From Mytilus trossulus (lineage: Eukaryota), in assembly GCF_036588685.1 (NCBI RefSeq), contig NC_086378.1, positions 64,976,001 to 65,040,000 on the forward strand: a DNA stretch of 64,000 nucleotides, read 5' to 3'. The notes beneath the pieces are model-generated. The model was not told where the DNA came from. It was given only the letters and a program-made list of their open reading frames with translations, and searched no databases. Every line of letters starts with the position of its first letter. The first letter of the stretch is position 1. The position numbers and the translations under genes were made by a program. Positions 41,791 to 53,900 of this stretch are shown in pieces.

Positions 41791-41898
41791 ATAATCTGAA
41801 ATAAACTGACAAAACATATGGTATTTCTCTCGGCCTGAATTCAATCGTAATCTGAAATAAAACAAAACATATTTCTCTCGGCCTGAATTCAGTCGTAA
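41791..41898 (+). repeat. Local tandem duplication (~50-57 bp unit)
   Basis: TAATCTGAAATAAA..CAAAACATAT..TTTCTCTCGGCCTGAATTCA occurs twice in succession. Confidence 0.8.
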
Positions 41899-43473
41899 GC
41901 AAATTTTCATACTTTTTTTTTTTTTTTATCTATTTGCAAATGACGAAGAATTCTCCTTAAGCTGTGATTCATTAATATTTAATATTACTTCCATGATTAA
42001 ACCGACAGACTAACTTTAAAGGACAAAATACAAGCGTGTACTACCAGCCAAGGAAATGAGTTTAATTAAAGTAACTAATCTAAGTGGTCATCGATGTGTA
42101 ATATTTGACACTGGGCATTATTTGTGGACCAATGCAATAAAAATAATGTATACTTTTAATCAAAATTGAATACTTTTGAATGTAACAATATGCTACAAAT
42201 TCATTTGATTCACTGAATTTTTATATTTTTTTTTTATCTAAATGAAAATGTAATAAACGGCTCCCGTTTAACATAAATAAGAAGATGTGGTATGTGTGCC
42301 TTTGAAACAACTCTCCGTCAAGTCACATGGTATAATTTAATTAGAGGTCAAAAGTACGGCTCAGCACGGAGCTTTGGTCCTCATTGAGCAGCAAGCTATA
42401 ACGGTCCCTAAAATGACAACACAATTAAGATGGAAAACAGAAGTATAATCTATAAGTACGGTCATTTCGCTACGTTATTTCGTCCATTCCAAATTGCAAG
42501 AAAGCGTCTCACTGTTTATCAAAATGAGTAGTAACACTGGTGCCTAAAAAAATCTGATTCGAAACTGAAATATAAACCATTAGATTTTATTAATCGTGTC
42601 TTAACTAACGTTGTTTGATATTTTTTCTATGATATGATTAACTCCTGTATTTATTTCGTGCTAAAAATATAACGATAAAAAAGATCAATGGAGTTATCGA
42701 CATCGGTCTTTATATGTATATAATGGTCAATATAAACTGTCAATTAAATTTTTAAAATATACTTATATTGTTGTTGAATTTATTTAAAAAATAAAATGAT
42801 GTTTTTTTTGTAAATGTAATAATTCAACCCGGTTTAACCTTTTAAATTTTATATAAAAGATAAAACATGGAACTTCATTTATCATACGTCCATTACGTTT
42901 ACGAATGGGTAACTGATATTAGAGTATAAGGCAGCATATCATTCGTTAATAAACTTCAGAAAAAAAACACAATTTGTAATCTGTGGTTTGAATTTTCGTC
43001 AGATGTGCCACTGACATAATGGCTGTATTATGGGTGAAATATTTGCCACTAGACGTTTAGTAAAACCCATTCAAATCCAAATCAAACCGCTCTATTTGAT
43101 GCAAAAGAAACGTGACAGGCAGTGCTATCGAGGTATATGATCAGATTTTTTTCAGCCATCAGTGCACATGATGAAAAATTATAAGTGATGCACGAAAAAA
43201 AAGGAGATGTAAGATATACGCCAATGAGACAGCAACCGAACTACGGAAATAACCGAAAACCATCTAAAGGGAGACGTGTCGACTTCAACAAAAGACAAAT
43301 ATTCCAACATTATGTCTTATAAGTGCTATAATCAATTATTAATTTCGGCCAGAACTCGGACATCGTAGAGTCTATACATTTGTAACATATTGGACTTTCA
43401 TGTTAGTGACGTATCGCATTGAAACATGAACGCGGACCTCGATGAGAACAAATGGATTGAAAGTTTGCAAGTT

Positions 43474-43980
43474 TACTATTTTATTTTCAACAGATTCACA
43501 TTTCTTAAACCGTGCATCAATATTTTAATGTTTTTATTTAAATTTCTTAAATGTCACATCTATTGTTCATTCATTTGTTAACAATTGTGAAGCATGCGAC
43601 TTTACTAAGAATACACACATTTAACTGAATTCGATAAAATTTGTTGAAAAAAAAACGATAAATAAATAAAGTTTGTCTTGCTTGAGTGATTTACCTGTAC
43701 AAAGCTCGGGTCTCAACGATGTTTAAAACGAATTGATGCCTGTTTGAAATAGTTTAACGGGGGCGTGGCCTAATAGTTTGACGTACATTACCAGCAACTT
43801 GATTTCAATTGATTCACCGCAAAGAAATCTATTTGACTGGCGTTAAAATGAATTGAAATGAATTGAAATGAATTAAAAATATTTTTTAATTTTTGTCAAT
43901 TTTTATCAAATAACAATTAATCTCATTTAAATAGCGTTAACACGTTTTTGTCCGTTCAAGCTAAATTCGGGGTACTAGTG
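43474..43980 (-). repeat. Right terminal inverted repeat (507 bp)
   Basis: Reverse complement of 26707-27213. Confidence 0.92.
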
Positions 43981-45196
43981 TAATCAAGAGCTTGCAGCTC
44001 CTACTCAGACTTTGTAAAAAGTCATCAGTGTCTGAAAGTTGATGAACCAGGGATATGTCAAAGAACGTCTCGTCCTTTTTCTAAAAAAGTTCATCGGAAG
44101 GTATCAAGACCTTGTTGATAAATATTCCGTATCAACTTCTCAAATAATACACGATGGTCTTGATGTATAGATTCTGCGTATTGATGTTGTTTATCATCTT
44201 AACAACATGTTTTAATGTTCTTTCATTTGTCTTTGTTCTTTTATTAATATTACTTTTACTGTTGAATGGTTTTATGTTATATCAGTTTGACGTGGCTCGG
44301 TACTTATACATCTCGTCAATGTGTTTGTATAGGCTTTCATTTTTTTGTGGTTTGTTTTGAATATGCGACTTTTTGTATTTCTTTTGTTCTTATTACGTGA
44401 CTCTGTAATTTAAAAGATCCCGTCAGTATTATATTGGTCTATTATATGTCATTATGATATATTTCTATTATGAATTACATATACGTTGAACCACACACGT
44501 CAAAATCATTCAATCGCATAGTGGTATTAACTATTTTTGGATTCTCATAAATTCTACCTATAACTTTTGGACTAGTTTGAATATCGGTCTATTTCTGTAA
44601 TTTATTCTTACATACTTTTGATTTTTTAACCCTGTATGCTTACATTGCCTATATAAATTTTAAAACTGTTTGTATGCACATTGAACGACAACTTTATGTG
44701 ACGTATAAAATTTTCTGACGTCATACACTCAAATCAATTAATGTGTTCGTAGATAAAGAAGATGTTTTTGTGTTCGGTTAAATTGTCCGCTTTTGAAATT
44801 GTTATACGATGATGACTGATGTACCCTTATTTGGACTAGTTTATTAATTGTGACTGTTTATTTAACGCATCATGTAAATATAACGGAATTTGATGAGACT
44901 GTTATTAAAGTGAGAGGGTTAGCGCTATAGAACCAGGTTTAATCCACCATTTTCTACATTTGAAAATGCCTGTACCAAGTCAGGAATATGACAGTTCTTG
45001 TCCATTCGTTTTTGATGCGTTTTGTTATTTGATTTTGCCATGTGATTATGGACTTTCCTAATTGATTTTCCTCTGAGTTCAGTATTTTTGTAATTTTTCT
45101 TTTTACATGAAGATCAACATACTTTTACCTGGAGCATTGAAACAAATAAAAATAAAACACAAAAAGGAACGAAACATGGAATATACATTGATTGAT

Positions 45197-46110
45197 AAAA
45201 TAAAATGGAAATGGAGAATGTGTCAAAGAGACAACAACCCGACCATAGAGTACATAACAGCAGAAGGTCACCAACAGGTCTTCAATACAGCGAAAAATTC
45301 CCGCACCCGGAGCCGTCCTTCAGCTGGCCCCTAAACAAATATTTATACTAGTCCAGTGATAATGAACGCCATATTAAACTTCAAGTTGTACACAACATGC
45401 ACAAGAAAATAAAACCTAAAATAATTCAAGACTAAGAAAGGCTAGAGGCTCTCGACTTGGGACAGGCGAAAAAATGCGGCGGGATTAAACATGTTGATGA
45501 GATATCATCCCTCTCCCTATACCTCTAGCCAACGCAGAAGAGTAAACGCCTAACAATACGCACAACAAAATTCAGCTTAAGAGAAGTCCGAGTCTGATGT
45601 CAGAAGATGTAATCAACGAAAATAAACACAATGACAATAATACATAAATAACATCAAACTAATAGCAGTTAACTGATATGCCAGCTCCAGACTTCAATTA
45701 AACTGATTGAAAGATTATGTCGTCATCATATAAATATCAGGCACAATCCTTCCCGTAAGGGGTTTAGTATCATGTCATCAAAACATATATGGGAAGAAAC
45801 AACAACTGCAGGTTGTTAAATACATTTGTAAATATGTTTAGTTCCGATGCAAAGACTCTATCAGTGAATCATTATTAACGCCAACATATGCAATCTTTAA
45901 TGATCTGACAACAGTATCGTAACTATATCCCTTCTTAATAAGTCTATTCAAACGTTTTGATAGCTTTTGACATTTTTGTGCTTTATAAAAAAAATTCCAT
46001 GAAATATTGGATGTGAAATACCTGAACGTATACGAAGTCTGCATGTTGATCTATATTTACAAATGTCCTTATACCGATGATAAAATTTAGTAAATGTTTT
46101 GACTAGTTTG
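45197..46110 (-). mobile_element. 3' fragment of a second Penelope-like element
   Basis: ORF 45838-46044 (KRLNRLIKKGYSYDTVVRSL) resembles a PLE RT C-terminus. Its tail is repeated at 34795-35125. It is absent from host copies 1 and 3. Confidence 0.65.
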
Positions 46111-47114
46111 TGAAATTGAAAACCTTGGTGTAATAAATTTTCAGCAATACATAAATTTCTCTCATTAAAATCTTAAAAGTTGTTACATTCACGAGAGAAT
46201 TCTACAAGTTGAGATATATAAACACCGTAAGATGGTGACAAGGGTATGATTGCTTAGTTCTAAAAAGTAAAATGTGGTTCGTTTGCATTCATTTTTGTAA
46301 CCAGATCCTCGTGTGATACATTTAAGTTATCAAATCCATATGTGTCATTCATTTTAGTAAACATAAGCAAATGAATATCTTGAAAAAAGAAAATTCTAAA
46401 GCTATCGTGATCCCTTAAAAAGATCCAAAATAAACAAGAAAATATCGCTTGAAATAATTACTTATTTTACAGTGCTTATATCAAGTGCCTAATAAAGTAT
46501 GCACATTAAAGTCACCAGGTTGTTGCACCATTAGTATCATCAATCACATTTACGTCATAGTAAATCTTGGAACACGTACGCATGTGTGGGAGACTTAATA
46601 ACATCCTATGGAACGGAAGTATGTGATAATTTATGTTTGAATCCCATAATTGATTTGATTATGTCTCAGTCACACAAAAACCTCTCGAATAGACAGTATA
46701 AATCAGACACCATGATCTCAAGTACCTTATAATTATCTGAACAAAGTCTAATATCGTTTCCTTATATTGATTATGTTGAAATTATCATACAATCATATAT
46801 TTTAGTCACAACATAGGACATCTGCACTTTTCCAAAGATATGAATTTCATACAAGTTCTGTGATAGCACTGTAATCAGTATCAATATCTTGCATATAAAT
46901 GAAGTTATTGTCTATTTCGTGCATCTATACACGGCTTGACAACGCGTAGATATTGGCCCTCCGGCTTTTTCTGCATATCAAAATTCGCCGACACGACACG
47001 ATATGGCCAGGAGTGCCGATAGTAGCATTACACATCAACAACCAATGAATCATTGACACATGACCACCAACGATGAACAGACTAATTCGGATTGATTGCT
47101 TAGTCTTAGAGGCA

Positions 47115-47665
47115 TGATTTGTTTTATTTGTTAAGTGGCTTTGAACTAGCTGTCAGATAACTGCGAGTACTCTCAGCTCTGTTCATTGTGTCTTTTTATG
47201 TCGGGATGTATAAGTACCCGTCCGCGTCCACTTTTATTTTTTGTCTATCTGATGAGTTAAGCCTTTTTCAACTGATTTTTATAGTTCGTTCTTATGTTGT
47301 ACTGTTAAACCACTGTCCCAGGTTAGGGGGAGGGTTGGGATCCCGCTAACATGTTTAACCCCGCCACATTATTTATGTATGTGCCTGTCCCAAGTCAGGA
47401 GCCTGTAATTCAGTGGTTGTCGTTTGTTGATGTGTTACATATTTGTTTTTCGTTAATTTTTTTACATAAATAAAGCCGTTAGTTTTCTCGCTTGAATTGT
47501 TTTACATTATCTTATAGGGGCCTTTTATAACTGACTATATGCGGTATGGGCTTTGCTCATTGTTGAAGGCCGTACGGTGACCTATAATTGTTAATGTTTG
47601 TGTCATTTTGGTCTTTTGTGGATAGTTGTCTCATTGACAATCATACCACATCTTCTTTTTTATAA
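47115..47665 (+). repeat. Dispersed ~550-bp repeat containing TGCCTGTCCCAAGTCAGGAG
   Basis: Absent at the homologous site in copies 1 and 3. Related fragments at ~30000-30420 and 34060-34350. Confidence 0.75.
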
Positions 47666-49482
47666 GTAGGTCAATGTATAATGCGCCTCGAATAATGCTG
47701 TTAGCATTATTTAGGGCTGGCAAAATGTTGAGGACAATGTCTTTTCTACAAAAACAGTTGCCCAAACAAATGTAAATACAAAAAAATGTAATAATGAAAT
47801 GATTGAGTCATGCTTTGGCAATTTGGTGTAGATCTGACTTTTACATCTCGTTATATATATATATTGCATGCTACATGTACGAATGATATATTACCGCTTT
47901 CGAATCACCTGGTCGTAAATCCGATGAACCTTCATTTTTTTTCAGTAACATTTTTTTTTAAAATAAAACAAAATAAGATGTCAAATATTCGTTCAATGAG
48001 TATTCTTTATAACGTTCGTTTAAGATAAATGTCTTTGTTTTGCAAGTTTTCGCAGGGTTTCTCAATTGAATTGCTGACTACCGTCCGAATGTACCATCTG
48101 TAAAGTCTACATGTATGAGTGATTTTTTTTTTATTAAACGATGACATGGCATTATTTTGAATTAATAAATAAAACATCAAACTACGTAACAACAAAGTGG
48201 GCAATTTCAGTTTTTTTTTCTGCTGTTCTTTATGACCACATGTGTACTTTTATAAGAATCACAACGAGGTGCAATGTGTTGAACAGGAACTGACTACCAT
48301 ACCGGGGAACTATAGTGTATCCTAGATTTAGTGGGGCTTGTGTTTCTCGGTACTGTATATACTGTTGCTTTGTTTGTTTTTTCGTCGTTGGCTATCATCA
48401 GTTTCTTCCACCTATTTTTTGTAAGTATTTTAATGACTGGTTTATAACATCGGAAAATATTACCAGATTAACACTTCTCAGTGAAACAAACTTTAGTTGT
48501 TGATTTGTAGAGTTGCTGTAAGATGCGATTGAAAAATGCATACTTAATTGACAAGTTTTTTTATTCAGTTAACATACCTCAAACAACAAAGGAGAAAAAA
48601 ACTTGTTCACTAGTTAACCTCAGATAGACAAAGTATCGTTAATCAATGAAGCATAAAGGTATAATCACAAAAAGGACATACAATATGTTTGTTGAGCCAG
48701 TTGTAATACTTAAGACCGATAAGGAAAAGACGACACTCAATTAGTTTAAACCGAGTTTGATGACATCTAGAAATAGAACAATCTTGCAAAATATAAGTCT
48801 CTTTTTTCCGACGTCATTTTACAGTATCAGTTTGTGAAATGGTTTCTTAACCTTGTCAAGGTCAAAATTGTTGACAAAAAAAACCCAGTTATTTCAAAGT
48901 ATTTTTGGAGCTGTGCAATTTTCTGATATATCTTACTTCAGTGGGATATGCAAGCATGACACGTTTTATATTCTTTCATTACTTTAATTGTTGAATAACT
49001 TTTTAAATTTCTTTCCAAGGTGGCAAATATGTCACATGTAACGGAATTGTAACATACCATATCTAACTGGTACGATTCGCCGACCAAACTAGGTGACGAT
49101 AGATTAATATTTCCAATTCATACAAAGATTGCCTTATAAAAAGAAATACTTCGTAAGTCATCGTTAGACTATGGCTGCCTTCAAATGATTGTTACAATGT
49201 ATTTGAAACGCGATGATATATTGTGGCATCCTTTATACAGAAGGCAAAGTTTCGTTTACAAACCGAATAGTTCTGCATATGCATGCATACATACATACAC
49301 TATTAAAACGATTACTCCAGCTGCAAATGTTTGCACCTGTCCTAAGTCAGGAATCTGATGTACAGTAGCTGTCGTTTGCTTATGTAATTAATACGTGTCT
49401 CCTTTCTCTCGTGTTTGTTATATAGATTTTACCGTTGGTTTTCCCGTTTGATTGTTTTAACTTGCTTCATAAATATTTTGAT

Positions 49483-49528
49483 GAGCGTCACTGATGAGTC
49501 TAATGTAGGCGAAACGCGCGTCTGGCGT
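49483..49528 (+). ncRNA. Minimal type I hammerhead ribozyme, core intact
   Basis: GCGUCA-CUGAUGA-GUCU(AAUGU)AGGC-GAAA-CGCGCG-UC/UGGCGU. Stem I GCGUCA:UGGCGU, stem II, short palindromic stem III, GUC cleavage triplet. Confidence 0.8.
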
Positions 49529-50763
49529 ACTGAATTATAAGCCTAGTACCTTTGATAACTATTTACACGAGTAATTTTGGGGCCCTTTATAGCTTATTGT
49601 TCGGTGTGAGTAAAAGCTCCGTGTTGAAGGCCGTACATATCAATATTAAACCGTTTTTTATAAATACGTATGAGTAGAATTAATACCAATTAGTGTAATG
49701 AGTATCATGATAAACATGATACTAGAATTCAGGTTAACAACAGCCTTGAAGACAACTTCCCTTTTTCAGTTAACTGTTTTCAGATTGAAAATGACTATGG
49801 TATTGGTGCCTTGATTTATTCTTGTGACATATAACCCATGCCCGGTATGTTTGTGTATGTATATAGATATAGGAAGATATGGTTTGAGTGACAATGAGTC
49901 AACTCTCCATCCAAATAACAATTTATAAAAGTACAACATGATAGGTCAATGTATGGCCTTCCACACGGAGTTTTGACATTGATATATAATACACAGAACT
50001 GTTATTAACCACAAAAAAGATTGACTTACTATGAACGTAAAGCTATGTATAAGATCTGAGGAAAAGTAATAGGTGAATGCTGAATTATAAGAAGAAATAC
50101 ATATGTTGATAAATGTACATTGATCTGCTTCAACTGCTACTTGGTGTCTGCTTCATATTTACAAGCATGATGATATAACACGTATGTTTAATGTAATAAT
50201 TCCGAACATTAATATAATACCATTTGTTTTACAATGATTGACAAAAGACGTAGAACAGACCTATTTGTTAAATTCTTTTAATTTCTCTTGTACATGGTAT
50301 TTTCTCTGGAGAAAATGTTCAGAATTAATATCTGTAAAATTGAAAAGAACAAATCCCCAGCATTCAAAATATTTTATGTTGGAATGACATGGAAAAAGAA
50401 TTAATTTGCAGAATCGCTTCAAGAAGTAATTGACTTTAGAATTCCAAAGGCAATTTTAATTAAGAAGTCATTTTAAATCGGTAAACGTACCACATAGAAC
50501 AAGAGTGACATTTCTCTAATTCTATGGAAATTTATCCCTTTTCGAACCCATTGTTTAAAAAAATTTAATCAACGTGTGGTTGCTGGTGATCTCAGAAGAT
50601 CATTGGATGATTTTAAGGGTCATGACCTTTCTGGCTAACTGGATGAACCAAAATATGATAGCAGGTGTTAATGAAATTGACAACTTCGTGCAATGTGAAA
50701 GGCACTCGAAGGGGATTTTCGGTAAACAAAAAAAGAAAATGTCTTTTTAATCATTAGAGAAAC

Positions 50764-50926
50764 AGATTCTTACACAGTTACTCGTGGATTATCGGATTTA
50801 TCCAATCTCGATAGTTAAATTATAAATTTTAAAGTACTCGCCGAGGCGGCTCGAACTTTAAAATTGATAATTTAACTATCTCGATTGGATAAATCCGATA
50901 ATCCACTGGTATCAATGTAAGAATCT
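50764..50926. mobile_element. ~163-bp near-perfect palindromic (foldback) element
   Basis: AGATTCTTACA..GTGGATTATCGGATTTATCCAATC..GATAGTTAAATTAT is mirrored around CTCGCCGAGGCGGCTCG. Confidence 0.8.
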
Positions 50927-53900
50927 ATATTTCCACTATTAAACTTCATTCGTTAAAATAAACGGCACCAGATTTGAATCACAAATAGAAAAAATAATAA
51001 GGTTGTTGTCGTTAACCCAAATCTGGGTCCAATCACATAGTTAGCTTTATAAAGGGCCTCGAAATGACATTTTAAAGCAACTCTAACGAGAAAATAAACG
51101 GGCTAATTTGATTTGAAAAAACAATGCACGAAAAAAAATCAATAAACCGAAACAAAAAGTAAGCACTGAGTTAAAGGCTCCTTACTTCAAACAGGCACAT
51201 TAAGAATATGGCGAGGTTGAACATAATTATGAGAACCCAACTCTCTCTGAACATTGGAGAACAGTGTTAAAGCACGAAATAAAGTCAGTTAAATAAGACT
51301 AAACCTGTCAGATTAACAATATGTCAAATGAATTTTTAACCACTTTTTTCGTAAAGTTATTTCCTGCTTCGACCCGATAGCCATCAACTTTATGATCCAT
51401 AAGCTTCTCTTATAAATGACGTGGACGGTGAAATATAATAATGGTATATAAAGCATATACAGAGTTGACAAGCGGTAAAGTTACAGCTATTGAATGACTT
51501 ACAATGTACGTGCTCGTCTATAATCTATGAAATTCTTACTGCTGTGTATGATATTCTTTTATACAAGCGAAATATTGTCACGTGATTTATTTAATTAAAA
51601 GGATTCCTGTACATTTAGATAATTAAATGCTTTATTACCATGAATAACGCATGTAGTTAATTGACAAATGACAATGTTTCCATACAGAAATTCAAAGTAC
51701 GATATATAGTGATCAAAGGTACCAGGATTATAATTTGGTACGCCAGACGCGCGTTTCGTCTACATCAGATTTTTTTCAGTAAATGTTATTGCCAATATAT
51801 ATACATTTTGTTTTGTATTTTTTCAGCAACAAATATAGAGTATCATCGTCATGTACAAGTTTTCAGTTTAGTACGATCGTTCGAAAACAATAAATGACAT
51901 ACACAAATTTATATAATCATGATAATATTAGTCTTTATTGTCAATAAATAATATTTGCTTTGAAATTCTCAAAATTATACTACTGCTTGCGTAAATGAAA
52001 TTGACACGCAAAATTCGATATTTACAATAAATTTAATGTGTCGATATAACTTTGTTTTGCCAATGTACATTAACTATGTCTTCTTGGGAAAATAATAGCC
52101 AGATGGCAGGTTTACTTGTCATGATTACTGCAATTGAAATCTTAGAATGGGTTTACAATTTCTGAAAAATTTCTTGACACAATAATATTGGTTTTAAAGT
52201 ACAGTAACGAAAAGAGATCTTCAAATGAGGTAAACTAAATTCATTAAAACATCTCAGTTATGATGTAACATTGACGTCATGAACAAGTCATACTGGATAA
52301 ATAAAGACAACAGTAGTATACCGCTGTTCAAAATTCATAAATCGATAGAGAAAAAAATTCCGGGTAACAAACTAAAACTGAGGGAAACGTATCAAATGGA
52401 AGAGATTTTCGACACAACAGAGACACTGCACCGCAACGTAACACACATCGAAACGAACTATCACGTAACACTGGCCATTTTCCTGACTTGGTATAGGGCA
52501 TGTTATGGAAAACATGTTGGGTTTAACCTGGTTTATTGGCATGTCAAACCTTCCTCTTTAATGGCAGTGTTACTGGAAGGTTTTCACAATTATTGAATCT
52601 CTAATGACAACAAATTACCTCCCATGAAAACAATGAAATATGAACTTGTTAATGGTATGTTTGTTAAAAGCGAGGAGTTGTATAGAAAATAGAAGTACAA
52701 ACAATTATATATATTTAAGCCAGACTTAACATATAATGTATTCGTTTGGCTCTTAATCTGGATATCGATTGGAAGCGAAAAAAGAATAATAAATAGCCAA
52801 ATTTTAATAATATTAAGAAGCTTTTGAAAGATTATTTTTAAGTATTATTGTAAAAGTTGCGATGCCGTAGACATAGTTAGCCAGAATATCCTGTGTGAAT
52901 CTTATTCTACTTATATGGATATTATGTCGTAACATTAAGCAAGTATGTAAAAAGTTCTTTATCGCTCTTTGTTTAATAATTTGAACTGAACAGAATAACC
53001 CCCCCCCCCCAAAAAAAAAACAACATCATTAAAATAATTCAATGTTTATAAACTTGTTGTGTTATTGAAGTTTTTTCTCAAAATCTCAATTTGTGGCACA
53101 TCCGGTCTAACTAAGGCCAAGGAAAAGAAGATAAGATAAAAAGCAGTACACACAGCACTTAACTCTAAAATAACGATTAAAAAATAAAAAAAACCTTAAT
53201 AATTATATACAATACCACATCACAGAATGTTTCCAATTACTTTATGAATGTTTACTAGAGCCTTAAGTTAAGTGAAATAGGTTAATTTAGATGAGTTCTA
53301 ATTTAGAAAAGTACTTTTAATATAAAAGGCAGTCAGTTTTATGTAAATTAAATTACTCTCAGTATAAGATGTAGATAGAAAAATGCATACACCATTGAAA
53401 ACCGACGCTAATATCAGGTTGAAAAAAATGATATAATTAAAATTAAGTTAATTGCAAAATTATGATGCACAGTTTTATTAAAGTGTTTATTTGATTGCTT
53501 GCACATTATGTCAAACAAAGTAACCATTAAAAATACATAAACAGAGTTGGAGTTAATCATTAAAATCTCATAACAAGACCACTTTGACGTAAAACAAATA
53601 TTCAATTTCTTTGGGACGAAAAGCGGAAGAATTTCAATGCGCAAAAGTTATTCATAACATACTGTATTAATTACAGATTCGATTGTAAAGGGCTAAAGTG
53701 AGGTTAATTAATCATTAACCTTTGTTAAGTCTGATCCCCAAAACGTACTAAATTCAATAATTGTGTTCTTCTGTTATTCACTATATGAAAAAGAATTAAT
53801 AAAAGTTTAAATGCTTTGTGCATATAAATCGTACATGTACCTCTGGTTGTACTCATTCAGATATAGGAGAGCGTTAAGATCAAACATTTATTTCTAACGA

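Larger units (their letters stand above)
26707..43980. mobile_element. 17.3-kb CACTA-terminated DNA element with 507-bp TIRs, apparently non-autonomous
   Basis: Starts CACTAGTAACCCG and ends CGGGGTACTAGTG. TAA is duplicated at 26704-26706 and 43981-43983. TIRs at 26707-27213 and 43474-43980 are nearly identical. The element cleanly interrupts a Penelope RT frame. Confidence 0.9.
25830..45107 (+). mobile_element. 5'-truncated Penelope-like retroelement (RT), split at 26706/43981 by the CACTA-ended element
   Basis: RT motifs GIPMGTNCAPLLADLFL, FRYIDDVL, FLDL, YDKRDDFNF and AYGIYISQLIR end at 26703 and resume as SRACSSYSDFV..LMNQGYVKERL after 43983. About 1 kb of non-coding 3' tail runs to ~45105. 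Internal stops are present. Confidence 0.88.
20530..48960 (-). pseudogene. Decayed GRL101/LGR-like GPCR gene, tandem copy 2, interrupted by about 20 kb of nested TEs
   Basis: Blocks 22060-25795 match 5540-10500; 45107-45195 and 46250-48960 match 10570-13170; 20700-20950 matches 1-245. Extra LRR-like TLTFNGLLN at ~21067-21094 and ECL2-like NNEPCVSVSF at ~23290-23320. Confidence 0.6.

Noticed and set aside
26707-43980. Polinton/Maverick or endogenous virus (15-20 kb with long TIRs)
   Set aside because: The ends are CACTA rather than AG-type, the TSD is 3 bp rather than 6 bp, and no polB, integrase, ATPase or capsid ORFs are visible.
47248-47280. CTGATGAG as a hammerhead core (also at ~34183)
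   Set aside because: There is no GAAA after the putative stem II and no stem I/III pairing.
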